DNA of 64,000 nucleotides from a virus: IMG/VR virus record IMGVR_UViG_3300032286_001614, positions 7,746 to 71,745 of that record; one strand, 5' to 3'. Shown piece by piece: positions 1 to 10,577 of this stretch (position 1 is its first letter; each line of letters starts with the position of its first letter). The notes under the pieces were generated by a model. It saw only the letters and a program-made list of their open reading frames with translations, ran no database searches and was not told where the DNA came from. The position numbers and the translations under genes were made by a program.

Positions 1-2713
1 GAAATAAAGCATAAGCATCTCCCTTTTTAACACTTTGAACAAAGTCAACTGTATATCCATCTGTTTTATCTCCACCATATTTCAAATAAGATCCCGTATC
101 TGTTCTTAGCTCTCTAGTAGATGGGATTGTTTTGGATTTAGAAGCAAATATTTTAGCGAAATTAGGAATAAATCCAGATGCTATAGAAATACCACCAGAG
201 GAATTTTTGTTTTGCGGAAAAATATTTCCTTTTGGACTATAAAAATTTGCTTTATCACTTAATGAATTAAATAAAGAAACTTCTCTTTCATTAGAATAAG
301 TCTTTATATTATCTGACATATCTGTATCTCCTATATTCTTAAAGTATCTTACTAGCAAGTCTGAACTTACTCCAATTTTACCTCCAGAAGCTACTTGCAT
401 AAACTTTTCTGAACCTAATCTATTAAATAGCTTTTCTAATTTCCGTGGACTAGTATAAATTCTATCAGATCTTATCTGATCTACCATAATAGCTGAACTA
501 AGTCCTGTTACATCAGAACCAATTTTATCTCCAAAATTTAATTTACTAAATTTTCCAAAATTTCTTTTGTCTATATTTTCAAAACCTGCAAATCTTAAAC
601 CTTGTTTAAAACTTGTTGTAGTTGGAACTATTCCTGGTTTCGTATTGTTTCTTGAGGCAGCAAGATAACGCATCAAATCATTAAAATTATGAATTCCTCC
701 TATGTCTTCCCAACTTCCAGCATACGCAGCTGATTTAAATTTTGACGAATCTTCCATCCCGTATTTTGAAGACATACCACGGTAAAGAGTGGTCATTTTT
801 GGTGCAAAATTAGGAATAAATCCACCCGCCGCATTAATTTTTCTTGCGCCTGATGGAAGACCCATTTGCTTAACCATGTTTCTATTAAACACAGCAGTTC
901 CACCGAATGCATAATTTGGAACTACATATTCATCTGTATTTACAACAGCTGTTCCCCTTTTGCCGTTACCAAAATTAAAATTAGGCATTACGACTGGTCT
1001 AGCAGATGATGAAGCTCCGCCAATACCTTTTCTTATTGCGGACATTTCTTCTTGAATAGGAGAGTAACCACCAGCAAAAATACCAGTTTTACCTAATGAT
1101 CTTAATTGATTTAATGCCGTTGGAGAAACTTTTCCTAATGAAGAAATTTCATTTGTTCTCTGAACATTTTGCGCAGCACGTAATGCATTTTGTTTTGCTA
1201 AAATTTCTAAAATAATTTTTTCTTTTTCTACTATACCAGTAACTAAAGAAAGACGAACTTTATCTTCGGATGAAGCAGAAGCTAATAACGTATTTAATCC
1301 ACGAATTGCATCAAGTTCTTTTGCGCGACCAGGAAATAATCCAACTACGTCATCTTTTACTACTGAAAATGTTCTTTTTAAAACAGTATTTAATAAAGCT
1401 CCAATAGCAACTATACCTGGTCCACTTAATACATTACCAAGTCCTTTTAAAAATCCACCAGCGATAGATTCTCCAAAGTTTTGAATTTCAGGATCTTTCC
1501 CTGCTCCACGCAATGAATCAAGAAAAACATTTATAACTTTATTTCCTGATAATATTTCTCGAAGTAATGGAGCTATTGTAATTTTACCAATCGAATCACC
1601 TATTTCTGTGGAGCTTGTTTTGAAATTTTGAATTAAACTATCAAGAGATTTATTTAAAGCATCATTTCTTTTTTGCGCTTCTACAGTAGCACTAGAAGCC
1701 GCATATGTTGCTTGTTCAACAACATTATAAGATTTAGCTAAATCAGTAACGATTGCCCTAAATTGATTGACTTGATAAATACCCGCAGAAATTTCTGCAA
1801 CAACTTGCTGCTGACTTTTTGTTAATGAATCAAATCTTCCACCTAAATTAGCTAAAATCTTATCAGCCGATAAAGCTTCACCACTTAAATCTCTTACAGC
1901 AATACCAAATGATTCAAGCTGATCTAATACTTCTGGACGTTGTATTCTAGTAAAAATAGTTTTAAAAGCATTACCAATTACAGCACCACCTCTAGCAGTA
2001 ATTTGCTGTGCAGAAGTTATAATACCTAATAATTTGTTAAAAGTTACACCAGAGTCCTGAGCAGTAGAACCTACGCGAGAAATAGCTTCAGCTAAGTCTT
2101 TTGTAGATATAGCAAACTTAGTATCAACTGCAACTAACTTATTAATTACTTGACTTGCTGTTAGACTTTCTTTAGAAAAACCATTAATCGCACTGGTTAA
2201 AGAATCAACAGAATTTGCTGCATCTAATCCAGATAATCTTGATAAAATGAGAGCTGAATTTACTCTTTTTAGCGTTTCTTCAGCACCAAGACCTTGACGA
2301 GAGAACTCAAGCGCAGCTTTTGCCGCTACATCAAAAGGCTGTGATGCATTTCTAGCAACATCAAAAAGATCTTTCTTAAATGAAGATAATTGTTTTGAAG
2401 ATAAAGACAGAACTGAATTAATATCTAAAAGAGATTTTTCTACACTTATTGTAGAAGATACTATTTGATTAAAAATTCTAACTGTTCCACCTAAAGCTAA
2501 TGCTGAAGCTCCGAATGTTAAAACACGTTGATTCGCAGCATCTAATGAACTTCCAATCTGATCAATACCAGTTCTAATTCTTCCCAATGGAGCAAGTGAA
2601 GCTCTTTCATTGAATTGAAAATTTAATTTCTGTGTTTTTTCAAGTTCTCTAATCTGCCTCAAAATTGGAGCAGTTTCGATTCTTGCCGATAGTGTGACCG
2701 ATGAAGTTGCCAT
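1..2713 (-). CDS. tape measure protein (TP901-like N-terminus) with C-terminal enzyme-like cargo domains; continues beyond left edge
   Basis: Not in ORF track; hand translation from ATG at 2713 (MATSSVTLSARIE...) gives TMP-type sequence (AALEFSRQG, DLAEAISRVGSTA, ARGGAVIGNAFKTIFTRI); lies downstream of tail tube and chaperone genes. Confidence 0.9.
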   Translation of the reverse strand, partial: MATSSVTLSARIETAPILRQIRELEKTQKLNFQFNERASLAPLGRIRTGIDQIGSSLDAANQRVLTFGASALALGGTVRIFNQIVSSTISVEKSLLDINSVLSLSSKQLSSFKKDLFDVARNASQPFDVAAKAALEFSRQGLGAEETLKRVNSALILSRLSGLDAANSVDSLTSAINGFSKESLTASQVINKLVAVDTKFAISTKDLAEAISRVGSTAQDSGVTFNKLLGIITSAQQITARGGAVIGNAFKTIFTRIQRPEVLDQLESFGIAVRDLSGEALSADKILANLGGRFDSLTKSQQQVVAEISAGIYQVNQFRAIVTDLAKSYNVVEQATYAASSATVEAQKRNDALNKSLDSLIQNFKTSSTEIGDSIGKITIAPLLREILSGNKVINVFLDSLRGAGKDPEIQNFGESIAGGFLKGLGNVLSGPGIVAIGALLNTVLKRTFSVVKDDVVGLFPGRAKELDAIRGLNTLLASASSEDKVRLSLVTGIVEKEKIILEILAKQNALRAAQNVQRTNEISSLGKVSPTALNQLRSLGKTGIFAGGYSPIQEEMSAIRKGIGGASSSARPVVMPNFNFGNGKRGTAVVNTDEYVVPNYAFGGTAVFNRNMVKQMGLPSGARKINAAGGFIPNFAPKMTTLYRGMSSKYGMEDSSKFKSAAYAGSWEDIGGIHNFNDLMRYLAASRNNTKPGIVPTTTSFKQGLRFAGFENIDKRNFGKFSKLNFGDKIGSDVTGLSSAIMVDQIRSDRIYTSPRKLEKLFNRLGSEKFMQVASGGKIGVSSDLLVRYFKNIGDTDMSDNIKTYSNEREVSLFNSLSDKANFYSPKGNIFPQNKNSSGGISIASGFIPNFAKIFASKSKTIPSTRELRTDTGSYLKYGGDKTDGYTVDFVQSVKKGDAYALF

Positions 2714-2756
2714 GTCTTACCTTTATTTTAATGATACACGAAATGATTTTAATTTA

Positions 2757-3713
2757 TTATTCATTTTGCATTTTAAACATTTCCATCATTGACATTGGTT
2801 TATTTAATAAGCCTTTTTTCCCATCTCCATCTATTATCTTTAAATCTTCTTTTGTAGCACCAATAATAGCTACATTTGAGTGATCGTTATTATTAACTAA
2901 ATCTTTTGCATTCTTAGATGAATTTAGATAATTTACTAATTGTTCTGGATCTTTTGATATATTAGCCGGAAGATTTTTAATATCAATTTCCTGTAAAATG
3001 CCCTTAAAATATCTAGCGTAATTAGATAATTTAACCTGATTATAAGTAAAATTTATTATTGGTTTGCCAAAAAAAATACTTGCATTATCTTCAGATAGAT
3101 TATAATAAGCAGTAAAAAAATCTTGTATAGCTAATTTTTTTAAATTCAAATCAGAGCAACTATCTAATAATTTACTATATATATTTAATAAATCATTAAA
3201 AAAAATATCATCTATTTCATCAAATTCTTCTTTTGAAAATAATGGATTTTTAAAATTTTCATCCTTAAAAAATGATCTAACTATATAGTAATCATTAACT
3301 ACTTTATCTGCATATCCTTCAGCAGTAATTCCAATTAAGTTATTTTTTTCTTTTTCTAATAACTTTAATTCATTTTCTTGTTTTTCTGTTTCTTCTATCT
3401 GTTTTTTTAATATAGATGGAAGTTTTATTAATTTTTGAGATTCTTTTAATCTATTTACATAATCTCTCTTAGAAATAATATCACTTTCTTTTTTTTCAGA
3501 CCAAATATTATTTTTTATTAAAAAATCTATTTTTTCTTTTTCTTTTAATATTCCATTTGCGCAAGCTTCATTAATAAATTTTTCATAAAGTTCATCTAGA
3601 TGCAAATGCTCCTTATGTGACAAATGCCGAATATAAAGAGTTACCCCATTATATTCGGCACAAGAATAGCCATTACAAACGTCAATAAACGCCTGTCTTA
3701 ACTCTTTACTCAC
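2757..3713 (-). CDS. putative tail assembly chaperone
   Basis: 318-aa charged helical ORF directly upstream of TMP; function inferred from synteny. Confidence 0.5.
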   Translation of the reverse strand: MSKELRQAFIDVCNGYSCAEYNGVTLYIRHLSHKEHLHLDELYEKFINEACANGILKEKEKIDFLIKNNIWSEKKESDIISKRDYVNRLKESQKLIKLPSILKKQIEETEKQENELKLLEKEKNNLIGITAEGYADKVVNDYYIVRSFFKDENFKNPLFSKEEFDEIDDIFFNDLLNIYSKLLDSCSDLNLKKLAIQDFFTAYYNLSEDNASIFFGKPIINFTYNQVKLSNYARYFKGILQEIDIKNLPANISKDPEQLVNYLNSSKNAKDLVNNNDHSNVAIIGATKEDLKIIDGDGKKGLLNKPMSMMEMFKMQNE

Positions 3714-4440
3714 TCAAAAATTCTTTTTCGACTTGTTCAAACTCTTCTGGAGTAGAGATACGACCAGCTGAATATAGTCCCCAGAATAAAGCTAATTTAC
3801 TTTTGGCTGCAATATAAACTGGATCTGATTTTTCTTCTAAGTCAAAATAATAATTTTCTTTTTCTTCAAAACTATTGCCCTTGAAAAATTGTTCATATTT
3901 ACCATCTTTTTCAATATAAGTTTGATAAAATATTAACCATAGATTTCCCCTCTCCTGTGCATATGACTCAGCAGTATTTTGGAAAATAGCTTGATTTGAT
4001 GTTTCAATAGCTTGAAGTTCTCTCTGTATATCAACCAAGATTGATAGTGAATCAGATTGCTTTTTTTTCTTTTCGTCACTTTCATTCTCTACAGAGCCAA
4101 GTTCAATTAGTTCATTCCTAATTTTTTCTGCTTCAATAGTTAAAGAAGCAATTCTCTTTGCTGTTTCTTGAGATAAAAGAGCACCAGCACCATCAATATG
4201 TTTATTAACTAAAACAGATTTGCTAATTAATCCAGCATCAATAGCTCGTTTAATTTGAGAGCCATAAAACAAACGAAACTTATCATTTTCACCCCTAGCT
4301 GGCTGTTTTAAGAAAATATTATAAAAAACTGGTTCTTTAACCTTTGTTTTTACAGTAATTTCTTGTTCGTTTTCATTTTTTACCTCGGTTTTTTCAACTT
4401 CGGTTTCAATTGATATTTTGAATTCGTGTAATTTTTTCAT
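3706..4440 (-). CDS. putative tail assembly chaperone
   Basis: 244-aa ORF between tail tube and TMP; synteny. Confidence 0.5.
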   Translation of the reverse strand: MKKLHEFKISIETEVEKTEVKNENEQEITVKTKVKEPVFYNIFLKQPARGENDKFRLFYGSQIKRAIDAGLISKSVLVNKHIDGAGALLSQETAKRIASLTIEAEKIRNELIELGSVENESDEKKKKQSDSLSILVDIQRELQAIETSNQAIFQNTAESYAQERGNLWLIFYQTYIEKDGKYEQFFKGNSFEEKENYYFDLEEKSDPVYIAAKSKLALFWGLYSAGRISTPEEFEQVEKEFLSE

Positions 4441-4466
4441 GCCTTTTTCCTATTATATGTTTTTTT

Positions 4467-4757
4467 TTAAAAAAAATCAATTTTAAAGTTTTTAGATTGT
4501 TCCTCTATTGAACGATAACAATCATTTCCAGAACCTAATATTTTTTTTCTTATTCTATCCATTTCTTGTTCTGTAAAATGATTAGCTAGAATTACTTTAC
4601 TTTTTTGATCATTAGGAAGAGCATCGATCAATTTACCCATAGCATCATCATGCTGATCTTTTAAGTTTTCTATAACAAATAGAAACTCTTTAAATAGGTT
4701 TGTAATATTTCTTTTTGTAGAAAATAAAAATATTTTTTCTGCTTGATTTTGTTGCAT
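4467..4757 (-). CDS. hypothetical protein
   Basis: 96-aa ORF in operon, preceded by GTGTA motif. Confidence 0.7.
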   Translation of the reverse strand: MQQNQAEKIFLFSTKRNITNLFKEFLFVIENLKDQHDDAMGKLIDALPNDQKSKVILANHFTEQEMDRIRKKILGSGNDCYRSIEEQSKNFKIDFF

Positions 4758-4785
4758 ACTTCCTTATTCCTAAATATAAATACAC

Positions 4786-4817
4786 AAAAAAACCTCGGTT
4801 TTATCCGAGGTTTTTTA
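4786..4817. terminator. intrinsic terminator, potentially bidirectional
   Basis: AAAAAAACCTCGG-loop-CCGAGGTTTTTTT downstream of tail tube gene. Confidence 0.85.
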
Positions 4818-4839
4818 TTTTTATTTATTTTGCTTTTAA

Positions 4840-5958
4840 TTAAAAAGCATTTTTACCACTAACGAATATGCCATTTATAAGGTCTTGTGGTCCACCAACT
4901 GTGCAGCTATAGCTTAGACTTACAGTTGCAGCATTTTGACCAACAGCATTACTTTGACTTTGACTTTCTAATTTAGCACGACGAATATCGAATCTCATCG
5001 CTACTGCACCAGTTCCTTGACAGTCTGGTTCGCGACATACGAGCGAGAAGTTTGTAAAATTATCATTACAAAGAACATTACTTAGTGAGCTTGATTTTAA
5101 TTCAGTTTGTAGAACTTCAATCTGAACAGTAGGAGTAATCGGATAAGTTTCTACTTTAGCATAGCTAAATAGAGTTCCTAAACGATTTAGATTTTCTCTT
5201 GCTATTGGAAGACTAATATTAACACTTTGAACAGGAACAGCATTTGAACCACTCATGAAAATACCAAGCGCAGTAGCATCAGTATTGTCAATTTCTAGAG
5301 TTACATCACCGGGTTTAATTGCTGAAATTATATTTGTTCCAGAGTAAGTTTGAGCTACAGGAATACTAAAATTATATCCAGTAATTGGGCGTCCATTGCT
5401 TAGATTTACAGCAGGTGAATTTAAGTTCTGAGTTCCAGTATCATATTTAACATTTAGAGCTTCAAATGTAACATCGCAAGTAGGAATAGAACCAACAGCA
5501 AAGTTCCAAGTTAAGTTTGATACAGAGGCATTACCAAGGGAAATAACTCCATTAGTAGAACCAGTATCTGTATTACCTACAGCATCAGAACCTTCTGAAG
5601 TTACTACGCAAAATAGATTTTTTGGATCTGTGGTTTTAGCAAGAATACCACTTAAACAAGAAATACCACCTTTTGAATATAGACCTAAAGCTGATTCAGC
5701 ATATCCATCTAGAGGATAATATTGAAGTGAAGCATTTACAGTAGGAGCCTCTGTAATAATTTGGTCAATTCTTGATAGTTGGCCTAATTGATTTACATTT
5801 TGACGATTGATCGTGAAATCATGAGAAAATGATTGAGCGCGAGGAATTTGTAAAAGTAAATTCTGTCCAGAGTTTCCGCTAGTAAAAGCAAAACTAGTTG
5901 CAGTTCCGCTTGAAATAAAAACGGCTTGAGATTGATAAAGGATGCGATTTCTTCCCAT
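4840..5958 (-). CDS. major tail (tube) protein
   Basis: 372 aa, S/T/G/N-rich beta-type composition, own terminator, position before chaperones and TMP. Confidence 0.7.
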   Translation of the reverse strand: MGRNRILYQSQAVFISSGTATSFAFTSGNSGQNLLLQIPRAQSFSHDFTINRQNVNQLGQLSRIDQIITEAPTVNASLQYYPLDGYAESALGLYSKGGISCLSGILAKTTDPKNLFCVVTSEGSDAVGNTDTGSTNGVISLGNASVSNLTWNFAVGSIPTCDVTFEALNVKYDTGTQNLNSPAVNLSNGRPITGYNFSIPVAQTYSGTNIISAIKPGDVTLEIDNTDATALGIFMSGSNAVPVQSVNISLPIARENLNRLGTLFSYAKVETYPITPTVQIEVLQTELKSSSLSNVLCNDNFTNFSLVCREPDCQGTGAVAMRFDIRRAKLESQSQSNAVGQNAATVSLSYSCTVGGPQDLINGIFVSGKNAF

Positions 5959-6013
5959 AATATTATAAGTTTATTAGTTTTGTTTGTTTACACTTTTTTT
6001 TATATGATTTATA

Positions 6014-6967
6014 TTAGCTAATAATTATATTAGAACCATCTGCTGCTTCTGAAGCAAGAACACTAATTGGTAATGACATACCTATCTCAACTGATGTATA
6101 AGAACCAACCGAAGCACCAAGATTAAATGAATCAATATATGGATTTGTTATTTTATAAGTGGTTGCAGGACCAGCACCAGAACATGAAGGAACTAAAGTA
6201 AGAAAAATACTTCCAGTAAGAGAAGTTCCACAATCAAATCCAGAAAGTCCACCAACTGGATTAACACCTTCTAAAAATCCATTCATAGAAAGTGAAGCAG
6301 ATACTCCGTTAACTTGTCTTGAAGGAAATTTTTGACCAAATTGATTAATAGCTTGTCTTGAGAAATTAATTCCAAGATTAAAGCTTTGTGGGGTAAATCC
6401 AGTTAGACCAGCTCCACTGAATTGAATTCCAGAAATAGATATATCTTGACTACGAACTAAGCTACTTGATACTAAAGTATTTTCTTTTGCATTACTAAAG
6501 CTTTCTACTTTTAAATCTAAACCTTCACCATTTATAGAAACTTTTGCAAAATCACCAACATTAGCACTCACTGAATAAGAATTAATACAACCACTTAAAA
6601 CAGTAAATTTATTATCATAATTTGCAGAATTAGACTGAGAATTAATAAACTCTAAATTTCTGGCTGAATATCCAGATATTGTATTTCCATTTCCATTTCC
6701 AACTAATATACCAACTCCAGTTGAATTTATTAAACCAAAATTTAATTCTATTTCTTTAGAGCTTTTTATTGCTTCTATAGAAAAAGATACTGGTGTATAA
6801 TTTACAACTGGTCTTTCTTTTAATTGAGCAAATCTTCCAAGTTGACTAACATCAACTCTTGGAATTTGATATCCAACAGTTGCGCTTTGAACACGTTCTA
6901 TTGTTTGAAAAGTAGTCCCAGCTTCGCCTGAAGACATTTTTACTTGTGCTGATTGATAATATGGCAT
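6014..6967 (-). CDS. tail tube-like paralog
   Basis: Shares RVQS, QLG, YSVSANVG-type motifs with 4840-5958 and 11711-12877. Confidence 0.55.
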   Translation of the reverse strand: MPYYQSAQVKMSSGEAGTTFQTIERVQSATVGYQIPRVDVSQLGRFAQLKERPVVNYTPVSFSIEAIKSSKEIELNFGLINSTGVGILVGNGNGNTISGYSARNLEFINSQSNSANYDNKFTVLSGCINSYSVSANVGDFAKVSINGEGLDLKVESFSNAKENTLVSSSLVRSQDISISGIQFSGAGLTGFTPQSFNLGINFSRQAINQFGQKFPSRQVNGVSASLSMNGFLEGVNPVGGLSGFDCGTSLTGSIFLTLVPSCSGAGPATTYKITNPYIDSFNLGASVGSYTSVEIGMSLPISVLASEAADGSNIIIS

Positions 6968-7004
6968 ATTTTATTCTTTCTTTATTTATTATATAACACT
7001 TTTT

Positions 7005-7856
7005 TTATACAAATCTTTCTTTAGAAAGCTGAAAATCTATAATTCCAACGAAATTATCCTCATTTGTATCAAATGAATCACTTAGTTTTGATCCTCTTAC
7101 TGATTCGATATATAAGAAATCTTTATTATTTTGTGCAGTCGCAGTCATTTCTTTATAACTATATCCACTTGGATACATTCCAGTTTTAATATCTCCGAAT
7201 GGATTTACTGGATCAAGATTTTTACTTATAAATGGAATCCATTTATTTTTTTTATCAACATAAAAAGATATAACTTCATCAATACCATCCATTGTTTCAC
7301 CGAAAACAATCATAGATAATGAAATTTTTGTTTGTTTTTGTCCACCAAGAGCATATGGAATATTTTCATTTGATACTGAATTTATAAAAATTGCTGGAGT
7401 AACAAATGAATATGGATCTATTGCACCTGTTGGCTGTTGATTAAATCTTGAGTTTAGATAGAATTTTGATGTAGTTAAAAGAGCTTCTTCCGTTTCGTTA
7501 GATAAATAAAAATTATATTCTTTAAAAGAATAACTTCCAGATAAATTAAGTCCAGTTCCATATCCAGATGGGACTAATATTCGACCATTATCATAATCTA
7601 TTTTTATACCACTCTGCTTATTTAAAAAAATATTTGATGAATATACGCCCGAACAAATATTCGCTCCAGAAACACTTTTATCATAAACCCATTGCTTGAA
7701 TGGGGAAGAGTATGATTGATATCCATAAAATGTCGAATCTTTATTATAAAATAATTTAGATGAATAATTTATATAGGCAGATGCTTCATTTAATAATGAA
7801 TTTTCAGCCCAAAAGAAAAATGATGCTTTTACATCTGATAAAAATTGATTTTTCAT
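7005..7856 (-). CDS. putative tail terminator/neck protein
   Basis: 283 aa, position between neck and tube genes. Confidence 0.45.
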   Translation of the reverse strand: MKNQFLSDVKASFFFWAENSLLNEASAYINYSSKLFYNKDSTFYGYQSYSSPFKQWVYDKSVSGANICSGVYSSNIFLNKQSGIKIDYDNGRILVPSGYGTGLNLSGSYSFKEYNFYLSNETEEALLTTSKFYLNSRFNQQPTGAIDPYSFVTPAIFINSVSNENIPYALGGQKQTKISLSMIVFGETMDGIDEVISFYVDKKNKWIPFISKNLDPVNPFGDIKTGMYPSGYSYKEMTATAQNNKDFLYIESVRGSKLSDSFDTNEDNFVGIIDFQLSKERFV

Positions 7857-8473
7857 ACACTATTTGATTTTTTTATATTACTTAAAAATCTTGAAAAAAT
7901 CCCACTTAAATAAGAAGTATTTTGAAACCTCGCTCCTCTTCTTAATGGACTTTTAGTTTGAATACCACCACCAGATCTACTCTTAATTCCAAGTTTTGAT
8001 AAAAAACTTCCTATGCCCGGAATTCCTTTTTCTATTCTATCCGCCCAAGATATTCCTCCAGCCCAAGGCATTGGAGTTGCATCATAAATAGCTTGTATGT
8101 CAGGCGGCTGAAATGTAAAATCAAATACTAAATTATCAATTTGCGATCCTCTAATATATTTCATTTTTGGGCCATTTGGATTTCCTTCTCTTAAAAAATC
8201 ATAAATTGGTTCAATTGGATCGCTGCCTTCTTCAAATCCAATAAAAGAAAATAAGTTTGCTGTTTCTCCATTTACTCCAGCTATTGTATTACTAATATTT
8301 TCTGCCGATACTCCATCTTTTATTTCTTGGGTAATAGGATGACTTTCAAAATCTTCTTGCATTAGTTCTATTGCTGGCTCAAAAATAGTTTCCCTTACTT
8401 TAGCGGTTGCCTCCCTTACTAAAATACGTCCAGCTTGAGAACTTATTTCTTTTAATATTTGCTTTTCGTTCAT
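7853..8473 (-). CDS. putative neck/tail completion protein
   Basis: 206 aa, overlapping operon neighbours; synteny. Confidence 0.4.
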   Translation of the reverse strand: MNEKQILKEISSQAGRILVREATAKVRETIFEPAIELMQEDFESHPITQEIKDGVSAENISNTIAGVNGETANLFSFIGFEEGSDPIEPIYDFLREGNPNGPKMKYIRGSQIDNLVFDFTFQPPDIQAIYDATPMPWAGGISWADRIEKGIPGIGSFLSKLGIKSRSGGGIQTKSPLRRGARFQNTSYLSGIFSRFLSNIKKSNSV

Positions 8474-8940
8474 TTTAGTATTCTTAGATAAAATGTATAA
8501 TAATCAACGTCAAATAATCCATGTGGTCTTCCAAGTCCTTCTATATTAAATCTAAATCCATCTAGATCAAACTGTTTTGCATCACTAAAAATTTCATAAA
8601 ATTCTTTTCTTATTTTAACTCTAACAATACCATCTACATTTTTTAACTTTAATTGCGAATCATCTGTTCCTGCACTAGAATATGGAGTTAAAAATGCATC
8701 TTTTAATTTTGGATCATATAAAATTCTTCCTTTTATCACATATCTTAAAAAATTATTCTGTGGATTTGTTAATAAATTAAAATTATTTTTAGAAAATCTA
8801 TTAAAAGATTCTTCATTTGAAAATGCAACTACTTCAGATGGAGATTTATAAACTATAATATCTCTGTCCCAAGTATCTGCTATATCACTTATAAGTGATG
8901 CTAAATTAGTTTTTTCTTGATCTGTAAATAATGAGGACAT
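8470..8940 (-). CDS. putative head closure protein
   Basis: 156 aa, synteny. Confidence 0.4.
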   Translation of the reverse strand: MSSLFTDQEKTNLASLISDIADTWDRDIIVYKSPSEVVAFSNEESFNRFSKNNFNLLTNPQNNFLRYVIKGRILYDPKLKDAFLTPYSSAGTDDSQLKLKNVDGIVRVKIRKEFYEIFSDAKQFDLDGFRFNIEGLGRPHGLFDVDYYTFYLRILK

Positions 8941-8944
8941 ATAA

Positions 8945-9748
8945 TTAAGCGTATTTTTCTATTAAAATTCCATGAATCCTTATTCTATTTGAAATAAAAG
9001 GATTTGATATATAAAAAGCATCTGGTATTGGCGATGGGATTCCACTACTTGTTAAATTAGATGTAAAATAACCAGTATCAAAAGAAGGAAAATCCGCATT
9101 TGATAAAAATTTTCTCATTTGCTCTAAAGATGGAAATTGAGTTGAATATACAGGAAGACTATAATCATTTGCAATATCTCTGTCATGATTTTCTATAGCA
9201 AAATAATAACTTTGATTTGGCCTACCTTTATCTTTTATTTTTATTTTTAAGAAAAAAAGATTACAAAAATATAAACCTGATCCACTTTGATAAAATTCAT
9301 CTGGTAAAAGAATATCTTGATTATATGTTGAGGATGGAACATTTGCACTTCCACTTGGCATAATAATTGGAAATGTATTTGTAATATTTACATATGCACC
9401 AGTATTAACTTGTATATTAATATTGTATCCATAACTACTGTAGTATGGACCCATTTCTGAGTAACTTCCAATTCCAATATAAGAACATTTTTGTGAGTTT
9501 GGATAAAATTCATTATTTGATTTTATTCCAATATATAAATTTTTAATATAATCATATCTATTTATATCACTAATAGTCTCATTTTGTATTGCTCCATTTA
9601 ACTGATATGAATTAGTTAAAGATAATGCTACAGCTACTCTTATCTCTTCCCAATCAGAAATATTAAAAGGGTAAACTAAAGATTCCCCAGATTCTAAAAT
9701 TAAACACCTTTGTCCACTTGCTGGAACTTTTTCAAAAATTATTGCCAT
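8945..9748 (-). CDS. virion protein, tandem paralog of 9767-10576
   Basis: MAIIFEKVPASG...PSPIPDAFYISNPF..RIHGILIEKY nearly matches neighbour. Confidence 0.65.
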   Translation of the reverse strand: MAIIFEKVPASGQRCLILESGESLVYPFNISDWEEIRVAVALSLTNSYQLNGAIQNETISDINRYDYIKNLYIGIKSNNEFYPNSQKCSYIGIGSYSEMGPYYSSYGYNINIQVNTGAYVNITNTFPIIMPSGSANVPSSTYNQDILLPDEFYQSGSGLYFCNLFFLKIKIKDKGRPNQSYYFAIENHDRDIANDYSLPVYSTQFPSLEQMRKFLSNADFPSFDTGYFTSNLTSSGIPSPIPDAFYISNPFISNRIRIHGILIEKYA

Positions 9749-9766
9749 ATTAATAAGTTATTTTAA

Positions 9767-10576
9767 TTATTCATACTTTTCTATTAAAATACCATGAATT
9801 CTCAATCTATTAGATAAAAATGGATTTGATATAAAAAAGGCATCTGGTATTGGTGATGGAGTTCCACTGTTATTAAATGTCGATGTAAAATAACCAGTAT
9901 CTGGAGATGAATTAAATACAATATTAGCCAAAATTTTTCTCATTTGGCTTAAAGATGGAAAATTTATGGCATAAGCAGGAGCACCATTTATCTGAGATTC
10001 ATAATCATTTATGTTAGACTCCATAATAATAGAATAAGACTGATTTGATGTTCCCTTATTTTTTATTTTAATTTCCAAACAAAACATATTACAGAAATAA
10101 GAATTTAGTCCGCTTTGATTAAAAGTAAAAGGAAGTCGTATTATTTTATAATTGCTATATGGAACTTGATCATTAAAATTTCCACTGGGCATTATAACCG
10201 GAACTGTATAATAAATATCGCATGTTTGAGAATCATTATTTATATCTAATCTAAAATCATTTTGAGAATAGTATGGAAAAGCTAAATTTTCACTTCCAAC
10301 TCCTATATACGAACATTTATTTGGATCAGGATAAAATTCATTATTTGTTTTTATTCCAAAATGAAAACTTTTTGTATAATCATATCTCTGTAGATCTTTA
10401 ATTGATTCTTTTTCTAATCCTCCATTTAATTGTGATGAATTGGTTAAAGAAAGCGCAACTCCAATTCTTATTCTTTCCCAATTTCCAAGATCAAATGGAT
10501 ATAAAAGAAATTCTTTTGAGTCTAAAACCAAACATTTTTCTCCACTTGTCGGAACTCTTTCAAAAATTGTTGCCAT
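9767..10576 (-). CDS. virion protein, tandem paralog of 8945-9748
   Basis: MATIFERVPTSG...PSPIPDAFFISNPF..RIHGILIEKY. Confidence 0.65.
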   Translation of the reverse strand: MATIFERVPTSGEKCLVLDSKEFLLYPFDLGNWERIRIGVALSLTNSSQLNGGLEKESIKDLQRYDYTKSFHFGIKTNNEFYPDPNKCSYIGVGSENLAFPYYSQNDFRLDINNDSQTCDIYYTVPVIMPSGNFNDQVPYSNYKIIRLPFTFNQSGLNSYFCNMFCLEIKIKNKGTSNQSYSIIMESNINDYESQINGAPAYAINFPSLSQMRKILANIVFNSSPDTGYFTSTFNNSGTPSPIPDAFFISNPFLSNRLRIHGILIEKYE

Positions 10577-10577
10577 A

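Noticed and set aside
3700-3730. Lambda G/GT-type programmed frameshift between tail chaperones
   Set aside because: The downstream ORF is in the +1 frame with a TGA immediately before its GTG, and the -1 frame is closed
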